DNA from: a virus
Length of the DNA: 64,000 nucleotides
IMG/VR virus record: IMGVR_UViG_3300023174_000063
Direction: 5' to 3' (one strand)
A program made the translations under genes and the position numbers. How positions within the stretch are numbered: position 1 is the stretch's first letter; each line of letters opens with the position of its first letter. The notes under the pieces are model-generated. The model made no database searches, was not told the origin of the DNA, and worked only from the letters and a program-made list of their open reading frames with translations. Shown here piece by piece: positions 21,401 through 32,000 of the stretch.

Positions 21401-22056
21401 TTGATTACAGCCAAAATTTATTTCACTTAGAGGGAAGTGGATTTTTGCCAAACGGGAGAGTTATTAAACCTGAGAATTTTGAATATTCAATACTTTCTCC
21501 ACACTTTGAGTCTTCTAACTCGAATAACAAAGTTAGAGTTAGAAGCTTTGTTGACCCCAAAAATGTCCAAAATTTTAATGCGTCAATTGCGCCACTCTTT
21601 AGCATTCCAGCGAACGAAACACCCAAAGACGACACAAGATTCAGTATTGAAATATCACTTGTTCAAGCTCTAAATGAGGACATTATTAATATCTTTGCAA
21701 CGCTTGATACATTTGATGATATTATTGGCGATCCAACAGCACAATTTTCGGATGATTACAGAGACCTCACATTTATCGCGGATATTTACTTTAAGCGTCT
21801 CAACAAGAAGATCAATGTTTCAAGATATTTTGATTTCTTTAAGTGGTTTGATACAACTATTGGTGACACAATAGAAAATCTTTTGCCAAGAAAAACAAAA
21901 TTCTTAGGCAGTAATTACGTGATCGAGCCTCACATTCTCGAAAGAGCAAAATTTAGATATAACAACTTTGATATTTATATTGGTCCTAATGATAGATATG
22001 GCTTAAAAGGTCAAATACTTTTACAGCAATTTATTGCAGAGATTTTGAGGTATTAA
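18490..22056 (+). CDS. Baseplate/tail protein with LamG (concanavalin-A-like) domains
   Basis: ITFEFFV...WTHVSCQ...LYRDGEL...GSIDELRIFHVARS, a second LamG (WSFEAIY...WHITFG...GRIARIRFWSKSLS), and SKGTMHSIKSLM (gp7/gpI-like). Confidence 0.65.
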   Translation: MSRPTSIFSKRTRLFSPAVTRHLRERDSAVVGVTSANLSGSFLDLSSSFRYDPIGAPLRSTQQIPVDWSDFSRHTFFNSAESKVNIAFDKMINGYPFDGTKEEHIQFVDGLTGFEKYVLDLFPKNVGFINLGGVREDGSLRSTYLEVKDIAGSHEPDISRNKTGNSVLDSKNNSITFEFFVNPAPAAEYEVSDQVITTPCDNRALIQRLSSDKRNGIGIYLLSGTNDSSNETLQMIVSSGTIHISASFSLEKDKWTHVSCQFNKTPGINKLHLYRDGELVATSSTAEIGYFDFQDQNILIGAGETHLFSGSFGQPSNLSLDINQIFSGSIDELRIFHVARSSSTIKDEMFKNIFSRNSLKLYYKFNEPHGEYSGANLVLDSSGNSIHSSIINYDENVRNKFNISLPLLNEELIYNPILFPRNENLINLNVGLLETASVYDTNNPNLITKLIPQHYLEEASIFEGLNAETRLGNAGDPYGYNKNMPGGGKFGSPQIVATLLLMWAKYFDEIKMYLDQFGKLLNVDVIEEGSIADNFLPFVAEYYGLTLPRIVDNASIGQLIENESLTSDVRNSKKPIKKIQYIIWRRILSDIRELVNSKGTMHSIKSLMRNIGINPDNNFRFKEFGGAKTRRISDSRQVKSAVYGMIDMSSTYLSTGAMNAQGVLEDSPFLTSSFLSTFRNEENEPGFPNIDVLADDLQNGLFTSGSWSFEAIYKFPEPLKNEPLHNITQSLVRLCATGSQPAHLIFANLIAFSGSNDLGLTGSLSLFLRPQPNLSPLTIPMTGVDIFDGNKWHITFGRQRNDEINNTLASSYFLRAARTSGGKIVEYFSTSSLFNDHDPSQINVFEKIDADYNSSGLFVAIGQQRLESSDDSSYGTTAGLGSINDSDVGNELNCSTIFGGRIARIRFWSKSLSELETREHAMNVGSLGVKDPKINFNFNVNDPGTFERLRIDTNVDQAVTESNTLGNIQIFDYSQNLFHLEGSGFLPNGRVIKPENFEYSILSPHFESSNSNNKVRVRSFVDPKNVQNFNASIAPLFSIPANETPKDDTRFSIEISLVQALNEDIINIFATLDTFDDIIGDPTAQFSDDYRDLTFIADIYFKRLNKKINVSRYFDFFKWFDTTIGDTIENLLPRKTKFLGSNYVIEPHILERAKFRYNNFDIYIGPNDRYGLKGQILLQQFIAEILRY

Positions 22057-23055
22057 ATGCCGACATCACCGAGAGTCGAAGATGGTTCCTTGACAAAAGG
22101 CACAAGAGCAGTTGTCGTTTATCCCACAGAGTACTCAGGATCAAATGCGACTAGTCGCTATTTGCAAGGAGTTGAATGCAAAACTTTTGATTCACTTTTT
22201 AAATATGTCAGTATTAAGCCGAGATCAAATATTGACTTTCTCAAAATAAAAGGTGATAAAATTGTACTACCAGATCAAATATTCGATGACACTGATCAAG
22301 AGAATCTAAGAATTGATTTCAAGACAAAAACAGGTGCTAAATTAGCAATAAATCATGCATTTGATAAAAGAGATCTTGGTCAGCCAATTTTTAGATTTCA
22401 TGATGGAACACCTTTCTTAGACCACTTTATTGACAGTCCTGTCGAAATTATGCGTCTACTTGACAATGACATACTGCCCGACAGCTTTTCAGTTGACTCA
22501 GAAGGCTTTGAGGTCGATGATGCTTTCATAGAACCTCTCGGAGCGCGACCCTTCTCTAAAAAAGAAAAAGTTGAACGTCCTTTTAAGATGAATGGGACAA
22601 AGGGCGATCTTTCTGCCGTTGACAACACAGGCAAGTCTTGTTTTATCGAACAAGTCATAGAAAAAAACAACGTTAGAGTGATTAGTCTTGAAAATATTAG
22701 GGCAGGAATTCAGAGAAGAGAATTTTACCTTGCAGGTTTTGACTTCTACATTGATGGAATTGAATACTTCGCACAAGACTCAGAAATTACAGGTGAGAAT
22801 ATTTACATTGAAGGTTTCATAGAACCAAATAAATCAGAAATTTTACCATTTGTCGACGGTGACGATTCTGAAATATTCTTCCCTAACATCACAGATAATG
22901 AAACGCAAGACATGGAAAGTGCACTTTTTAATATGAATTCACCTCTAGGCGGCAATATATTTGATAGAAATCATATTTCCTGTACAGCTGGTTTTGTGTA
23001 TAATAACGTTGAATACGGATCTGATTCGGTGTCATTTGGAGGTCTTAAGAGATAA
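22057..23055 (+). CDS. Hypothetical virion protein
   Basis: 332-aa ORF coupled to both neighbours in the structural operon. Confidence 0.6.
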   Translation: MPTSPRVEDGSLTKGTRAVVVYPTEYSGSNATSRYLQGVECKTFDSLFKYVSIKPRSNIDFLKIKGDKIVLPDQIFDDTDQENLRIDFKTKTGAKLAINHAFDKRDLGQPIFRFHDGTPFLDHFIDSPVEIMRLLDNDILPDSFSVDSEGFEVDDAFIEPLGARPFSKKEKVERPFKMNGTKGDLSAVDNTGKSCFIEQVIEKNNVRVISLENIRAGIQRREFYLAGFDFYIDGIEYFAQDSEITGENIYIEGFIEPNKSEILPFVDGDDSEIFFPNITDNETQDMESALFNMNSPLGGNIFDRNHISCTAGFVYNNVEYGSDSVSFGGLKR

Positions 23056-26000
23056 TGTCTACCTACAAAAGAGGAAGAAGCGACAAGCTTGAGATAAATT
23101 TAACGTCATCATTTATAGCCGGCGGCACTCAATATACGCATCATGATGGAAGTCTTGTTGCGTCTTATAGATTTGAAGAGCCTTTTGTAGTTGACATTGA
23201 CAATCCTGACTCCTTAAAAGTCAAAGACGTTCGAGGCGATGTTGAACTCGAGGCTGTGATAACTTCTGGATCTTTTTCACCCGCAGAAGAGGTCGATGAG
23301 AGTATTGTCTTTCTACCCAGCCGAACAGCTGCTAGCACACCGCACGCTTTTAGCAGAAATTCAATGCCGGCATCTAATTACACAGATGAAGAAAAACTTA
23401 CAACCCCCAATGAAACGTCAGGCTTTCAGATTAGATCGCTTAACTTTGGTCAGGGAATGTCTGAAAGAGTAGAGCTTCCGGAAGCTATTTCGACTTCACT
23501 GAATGATATCGAGAGAGAATCTGTTTCACAAGAAAAAGATGCTTTTAGCTCTGGCGCATCTTTTGCATTTTGGATAAAAATTGACGGAAACGATGCGCTG
23601 TTTGAGACAGTATCTGAAGGGTATAATGTTAAAAACCCATACACAGCAAGATCTGTTTTCTCAGCAGATCGCGAGAATTATTTTGTTTCTGACGGGCCCT
23701 TGCTTGGAGATGAAATAGATTTTGGAAGAGCCTTTTCAATTAGAGTCATTAATGACCCAACGTCTAGCAAGCACAGAAAAGTCTCAGTTATATCAACTTA
23801 CACTTTGCTTGGAGAAAAAAGTCAATTTGAGTGGCTGTCGAAAGATTCACTAAGCGAAAATGTTTGGACGCACATTTGCGTCGTGTTTCCCTTCACAAAA
23901 AAAGCAGATGTAATAATCATTGACCCTGATGTTCAGGATTATAATATTGCGCCTAGAGTATATTTTGATGGTAGGAATGTCGGCGTTAATTTACAATTTA
24001 CAGATGTTAAAAATACGATCGATCTTAGAGTCATTGATGCGAGTCTTGACAGTCCGGACTTCATCAATGTCTATATTGATACGCCCTACAAGAGTGGCAT
24101 AAAAACAAGTCTTCTAAGACTTGCGAAAGATGACACCGAGATTTTTCCAAGTGCATCAATAAAAGTCGATACAGACTTTTTAACAGACATTAATCACATG
24201 TCGACTTTTACGATAAAAAATGATCGAGGTGAACCTGCAAATTTCTTATTTGACTTTTTTCATACGGGTTCTATTGCTAGATATCTCAATGAGAACGTGG
24301 AGTTAGAGTCTCCTCAGATGGTCAATGCTCAGAGTTTAAATTTAGCTACTATTGAAATAGCATATGATCCTGATTCTTCTTCTTTTGATAGCGCTATTAA
24401 TCCTGCTAATTTGTCTTATTGTAGAATTACTACTCCAAATAATCTTACAAGAACATATATGTTCGACAACAGCCTAACAGGTTCAGAAGCAATAGAAACA
24501 ATCACACCAACTAGCTGGCCCCTTACAGGAATTAGGGTCGCAACAGCTAAATCATTGCCGAGCAACACATACTTAAATGGCGTCGACGGCGTTGGCGCAA
24601 CAATTACTGCCACTGATGATAGTGCACTCAGCGTCGATGACATTCTAGTCTCAAGCGGCAATTTGATTCTCGTTAAAGATGAGCCCGACGGCTATAAGAA
24701 CGGCATATATGGAGTCACAAGCGCCGGGTCAGCTGGATCTACGTGGTCTTTGATACGACACCCAGATGCCAATAGTTCTGGATCTTTCGAAAGAGGAAAA
24801 TTGACTCCATCAATATCAGCAGGGTCTGTCAATCAAGGCAAGAAATTCATTCACATGACCCAGTTGAATGTTGTTCTAGGAACAACGCCCTTACAATTTG
24901 TCGAAGCATACACAGGTGCAACAAGCTATGCTTATACTACTATTAAGCCTGTTGTTAGTGGAGGTTTAAATCCCTGGGCACAGGATGTCTCTTTCTGCAT
25001 TTACCACAAAGAACATGACAACAGCTACGTTCGTTTTCAAAATGCTCCATTTGCTGCTTCCCCTGTGCAAGGACCTGATGGTCAATGGACTTATTACATT
25101 GACACAACAGGTGTCGCTAGTCTCGGTCAATATGCCAATGCCATTCTGGCTACACTTTTTAATGCTGCTATTGACGATGAGATCTTAGATTTAACAGTTG
25201 CAGGTCTTAACGCTTCAAATTCTTCTCCCGGAGCTCAAATTGTAGCTGGGCTTGTCGCAGCTGGAACTTACACAATACCCCTGAGACTAAATTATTCAGG
25301 CGCGCCAGCGCGCCCGCATCCTGCTAATATTCCTGACACAAGATCAATGACGATCAGTGATGAATCGGTTGTAGAGAGGACAGTAATTACTGCACCTGCG
25401 ATCGGTGTTGATCATGTCGTCGATTTTGATTTTAGTGGTGTGCCTACAAATGGAACTTCTTTTAGTTTTATAAATTATAATTCTCGTATAGAAACAATCA
25501 CTTTCGTTGCAGGCTCAGCAGGCCCTAACGAAATTAGCATTGATACGCTAGACGCTGCTGGAGCAATTCTAGCGCTTGAAGAAGCAATTAATAATTTTAC
25601 AATGTCGGGTTTTTCTGCAACTAGTGCCGCTAATCTTTTGACCGTGACATGTAGCGCATCATTCCTGACAGCACGCCCGGGAGACATTTTTTTTGAGGAT
25701 GGAGCAGACTTTTTTGATGTTGCCTTTAATGGCAGTTTTGGAATGGGAAATAAGTCAAATAACATAAGCGCAGTTTTTAATACGGGAAGCTTATCGTTTG
25801 GTTTCGATCATAGTCAAAATGTTTTTTTTGAAAGTCTTTTGACGCCGGCCACTTTTTACAACTATAGTGGTTTTCCATTTTATGATAAGCTTAGAAACAC
25901 AATAAACACTGTCTGTAATTACAAGGGAGATCTCTCAGGAACGCCTTCTCCAGTCGAATTAGTTCGTTCAGGTTATCCTGTCTTTATTTTTGGAGATGGA

Positions 26001-29000
26001 TCTTCTCAAACAGACACGGCAGGTGCATTTAATAGTACAAGTGTTGTCGAAGGAAAAGATTTTGCTTCCAATAGATATATTAGAACAACACAGAAACTCA
26101 AAGGCGATGCAGTCGTTAGATTTAGCTGCATACCCGCGAAATCTCAAAGTGACTTTTCTGACAAAATTTCAAAAAAATTAATTAATCCTCCTGAAGGCGA
26201 TGACAAAGGACTTTGTGTACAAGTTTCTTATGACGGGGTTACATGGTTTGGCGCAAAGAGACTAGTTAGTGAAATCAGATATGACAATAATATTTCTTAC
26301 GCACGTGTCAATGATGCTGATCAAAGCAAGCTTAATCTTGTAAAGTGTACAACTAGCACAACAGATGCAAATCGCGAAAAAATAATTTATGACGATTTCA
26401 CTGGCATTGATGACAGTGACTTCGTGTGGCAGACGCACGCCTTTTATTGTGATTCTCGCAAGATAGTCGATGATGAAACATATTTTGACTATTACGTTAG
26501 AATAATACAAGAGGGATATGATAGTTCTTATTCTGACAACTGGGCTATTGCAAATATTACAATTGAAGGAACTTTTTCTCACGACATTAGACGAGAGACT
26601 CCAGATACGATAACACTTGTTAAGATTGGTGATACAGCCGAAGACACATGGGACAATTTTGTAACTGGAGTCAATGAAGCACATTTAGGCGAAATTACTG
26701 CTATTCGTTCTAGTCAAGAAAAAACTATCAAACTACAGTTTAATAGCCCAATTGGCATAATTGACGAAGGCGTATCGGGAGGCCAGATTCTTTCATCTAG
26801 TTACAGGACTAGACAAAAAAGCTTAGACAACAATGCTGGATTCGCTGCAGCTTTTGCGAAACAAGAAAGAGTCAAGCTTATAAATTTTGACGGGGGTGGA
26901 ACAAGCAAAGCGCACAATGATCATATTAGAATCGGCCTAAAAGATATAAGTGATCTATCGAGCGCAGTTTATAAAATTAGCACAGTTATTAATAGCTCGA
27001 GCATGACTTACGCTCTAAATAAATCATTAACGTCGACATCTAAGAATACATACGTAGACATCTTTAGTGAACCTTCAGTATCTGCTACTACAAAGAGTCA
27101 TTTATCAAATATACTGACAGTTTCTGGAGAAATAGCGGCTAATATCACAGCCAGTGATTTTACAGACTTTAGATTTGCAAAATCAATTGATATTAGCTCA
27201 ATACCTGCAGGTCCTGATTACAACAGCCTCGTTGCAGCTAACATTAGAGATACTATTAATGAATATTCATCTTCTTTTGGAGTCAAAGCATGGGGCATTG
27301 GAACAGCAACAGACTTAACTGAATTTGTCACTCTCGAGCATTTGGAAAATAACGCAGATGCTGATAACTGTGAAGTCAATGTCTTCTTTGCAGATAATGG
27401 AAATGACATTGTTGAGACAACAGATCAGATTTTGACAAATCCGATAGAAGAAGACTTAGACGAGCCTGGGCCGAATCTTTTCAGCGGGGGTATGTACAGT
27501 AAGTCAGAGCCTCAGGGCGATGTGCTTGATTTTGGAAAATGCTTTTTAGGGACATCGCCAAATGATCTCGAATATTACATGGCGAGCAGCTATCCGATTA
27601 GAGGTTATCAAAACAACGTTTTGCCCACAGACCCATCAACAGATTCAGAATTTGCTTCTAAGCTGGCCGGCCGGACGCCTAAGTGTCTTATTGATGATTT
27701 TTCTATCTGGTCTAGGTGTCTTTTATCGACAGAGGTTGCCGCTATTGTCGCTGCATCAAGGGGTGCCTACGAACCGATCACTGGCTTGTCAAGTCATGAC
27801 CCAAGAATTCAAATAAGAGAACAGGATAATTTTTCTGGTATTTACCCAACAAATTCTAGAATAACAGACGAAGATTTTACCGGAAGATTTTCAGTTTTTT
27901 ACGACTCAAAATTTGAAATAAATGACGAGACAGGGTCAAGCGAAGTCGAATACCCTTACAGAATTAGTAACGACCACCCGCTGATTAGTTATTTAACAAC
28001 ATCGGGGCATGCTAGATCTACGCTGGATGTTGAATCGCCCATGAAGCAATTCAATAAGATTAATTTAGAGACTCTAGGTGAAATCATTACACCTTACAGA
28101 GAAGAAGGACAATTTGCAGCATTTGGCGTTGCAATACACGATGATGCTGATACTAATTTTACAAATAGCGAGAAATTTGGAATTCGTGGTGGATTTTGGT
28201 CCAGCGGTTCTAGCACACAGTCAACAGGAGACGGTAGAACAGGTCCAGTTTGGGCAAAACATAAAATTGAAATTGATCTAAAGCCTACACAGTCAACAAA
28301 ACTTTACAAGCACACAACTTTGGGGTCAACAACAGCTTATTTTAACTTTGAATCTAACGTCTGGGAACCAATTGGAACAATTTCATCTGGTTCTTATTTG
28401 ACAGATTCTAGTGCCCATGAAGACTCATACGCAAAAGTTCGAATTCTCTTCTCAAATATAGAAATTACAGGCAGCATTCCAAATGGAGGCGCCGCAACTA
28501 CATGGTATAGCTCCATGGCAGTTGATCGTCGTGAAATATTTCACTTGCAAGATGCTTATGGAAAAAGAGTTAAATTTTGCTTAATAACAGATGAGGAATT
28601 AGAAATCGAGAGCACCTCTTTTAGAAGATACGGCAGTGGTCTCTATGGAATTCTAGTAGATTCTTTTGGCTTTACTGCGCCCGATTTTTGTCAAAGAATT
28701 TATTTGGCATTGAATGCAGCATTTCTTATAGGCGACCTGAATATTAAGCCTGTCTATACAGCCAGTAATAGATACGTTGATCTAATACAGGCAGACTTTG
28801 GCTCCGAGGGAAACACTGAAATTTACTTTAATAGCGATTTTGTTCCAAACAATGCTGGTGCGCCCTCCAAAACAGTTAGTGACTTTGTCTCATTTTTTAT
28901 TCCAGAGACAGAAAATTTTAATTCGGGCACTCACACTCTTGTATTTGTAGGAGGTGATAGAGAACAGATAGACACAGCATCAACGCATGGAAAGCAAAGT

Positions 29001-32000
29001 CTTTATACCCTCGATGCTTCTGGAGATTCACAAGACAATAACTTTAGAAAATGGATGGATACGCTGACCGTTGGTTTCGGCCCTTCTATTGGAATGCTAG
29101 CTGTCAAGAGTGATGCTAGCGATTTAACAATCCTAAAAGGTGATCACACGCTAGCTGGAAAATATGTTTTTAGAGATAGTGGTCTTGCAACACCTGTCAC
29201 AACATTTGGCTTTCCGTTTCATCCTAAATTTCATGCAACCAGTTCTCAGACGTTTAATGTCACTGATGTCATTGACAGGCCCTTTGTTGTTGAGAAAATA
29301 GTTTATCAGTTTAGAGCAGATCTTTTTGAGTCTGCTTCTATACAGTGCGCGAGTTATGGTTCAACAAGTAGTTTTACAGATCCCGCATTCATCAACATGC
29401 CGACACCCACTTTCTTCATTTTGAATCAACGCAAGTGTGTGCTGCCGAATGCCATTGAAAATGACATTAACTTGCTCTCACTATTTGATGCAAATGCAGA
29501 AGCAAATACAAGCTTTAATTACTCTGCAACAATTCCAAGTAGTTTCTATTTAACAAGCATGTCAAGCGATAGTGGAAACGTTACACATGTCGACACGCTT
29601 CGTGATCTGGTGACTTTCGCAAGATTTTCTAGCGTTCCTGGAGCTTTTAATAGCAGTGACTTTGAAAATTTTGTCCCAGACGCAAGAGAGAATATTGATC
29701 TTGTGATAGTCCCGTCAGACTCTGCAGAGGCTAATGATGATAAGCAGCTTTTGCAAAGTAACGAGCCTGCTGCATCATTTACAATTGCAGCTCCTGTTAG
29801 AGCACCAAGAAGAAACACGTCAGCTGCTGCCTTCAAGACAGAAGGTGACTTTTTTGGTAGTGATAAGAGCGTGTACACGTTTGAAGTGAATGAAATTGAA
29901 TCTCCAATTAAGCCATATTCTGATGGAATAATTTTAGAAGATTCTGCCGGAACAATTCGTAGGTTTATTTTTTCAAATGGTAGTGCAGCAAAATTTGAGA
30001 TGCCTGGAGCTGCTCCGGGTCTTGTAAACAAAGCTGACCTCCTGGCCGGCCCTGAGTGTTTTGTGCTTATAGATAGTGCTGGCAAAGTCGTCACTTTTAC
30101 ATTTAAAAATGATTTGATCTGCAATGAACCTGTCAAAAATGATGCAACTGAATATTTTGTCGGTATTAAAGATCTTCCTCTTAGTAGCAGTGACCCATCA
30201 TACATACAAAAACTTTACGAGACTATCGCTGCGTCTGTTAACCTGGCTTATCTCAATGAAGACCTAGACATTTTTGCTGTGGTTGATGCAGTTGTAGATA
30301 TTTTAACATCTGTAACAACATATTTTATTACCTTTTACCAGGGCACAGTAGGCAATGATGGCAATACTGAAATTCAATGGCTGGCAGACACATATAATTT
30401 CACGGGTGGTAGTTCGCCCACTGAATCGAGCATTGTCTATAAATCCTTCGGAAATTCCTTCGACTTAGGATATGAGTCTGTCTGGATTATACCTGTATTT
30501 AAAAACGCATCGTCACCTGGTGGTGCTGAATACTACGCATCAAGATTCTATGACGCACTATCGATTGCAAATGAAACTCTTCCTGAGCGCGGCGGATTTG
30601 CATGTCCTTTCGAGCTTCAATTGACAGGATCGTCGCCCACGTCTAACTTTACATTTAGCCAGTGTATTGGTGGCCGGCGAGGATACAAGAATATCGCAGG
30701 AACCCAAGGCGTCGAATCATTTAAGGATTTGTATTTTGCAAGTTTATTTACAACTTGGTACACTGACTATGCCTCAATCGAGTGTACAACAGGTAGCATC
30801 CAGGCTGACACACTTAAACTAGGATGGGCAGGTAATAGAACGGGCATTGACGTACTGCTTTCAGGACGATCACCCTTCGGAGGAGAAAACTCTTCAGCAG
30901 ATTTTGTTTATACACTCAAGGACGGTACACAGACATGTACAATAAATCATGTCGACAGCGACAGTATTGAATCTCCTTACTTGCTGATGCCTGGCGATAA
31001 ATTAGTTTTTGGCTGGCAATCACCTATTGCTACAGGCTCACATTTGCAGCACTTGCCTCTAGAGGCAGTGACACCTGATTCTGGTAGCTTTGAAATCTTG
31101 CCTGGCGCCGGAAAAATTACTATTTACGGCGCCGTTCTCCAGGGTGGCGACGAGAAAAATAGAGTTACAAGCAACCAGCCGTTGACGAGCGAAGCACTTC
31201 ATGAATCAATTTTTGGAGATGCAGATGTTTTTGATATTTTCGACACAGACCCATATGTTTTTCATGCAGACAACTATCTAGATCAGCATGTCGATGGAGA
31301 AATCAGTCTGAGCTCAAATCCTCCTGTCTATACAAGAAGAGTAATTAGCAAAGCAACAGACGGAAATCATGCGGTCGGACCAAAAAATGGAACCTATCCT
31401 ATTTTCTCGAAGCGCGCGAGCTTCTTTAGAGGGCGTCGTCTTGTAGACGAATCTGAAGTCTTTTATGATTCAATGTTGCCCAATGTGAGCGAGTTGATGT
31501 CAAGAGACAGTGTTGTCCCGCTAAGCCCTGCCAGCGGATCAGAATTTGACAGCGTTGCTAGAACGGGTGTCGTAATTTTGTCACATCCTTATCTTGAGAG
31601 TTCAGAAGACGATAATGATCTTAGCAATTCTGCGTGGAAATTGTGGATGTCTTCTTTTCCTTTCGAATCTAGGTATGAAGGAATTACAAGAACACAGGGC
31701 TTTGATACAGGAATAATTGGCAATGCATCTTTTGGCAGCATTGACGCCGGAAGGCAGAGAATTACGCATGTTTGGCTAGCTAACTCGTCTAAATTCCTAA
31801 AAGGCTATCATGATGATGACGCAGATCAGTCATATTATGCGAACATGCTTTACAATATCGAAGCTCCAAGACTCTACACACAGTCGACGTCTCTGACAAT
31901 TGGCGGCAAAGCACAGCCTTATAATTTAAATTTTTCAATTATCACAAATGAAGAAGGCGAGGGGTCTCCTGGAGAAGAATTAACAAATATTGACTTTGAT

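Noticed and set aside
22054-22059. In-frame TAA-ATG junction between 18490 and 22057 as possible readthrough or recoding
   Set aside because: TAA is the dominant stop throughout, tight junctions are the norm, and genes are intact in the standard code, so nothing supports recoding.
29546-30205. 219-aa minus-strand ORF within the giant gene
   Set aside because: Fully antisense to a well-supported CDS; no recognisable motif.
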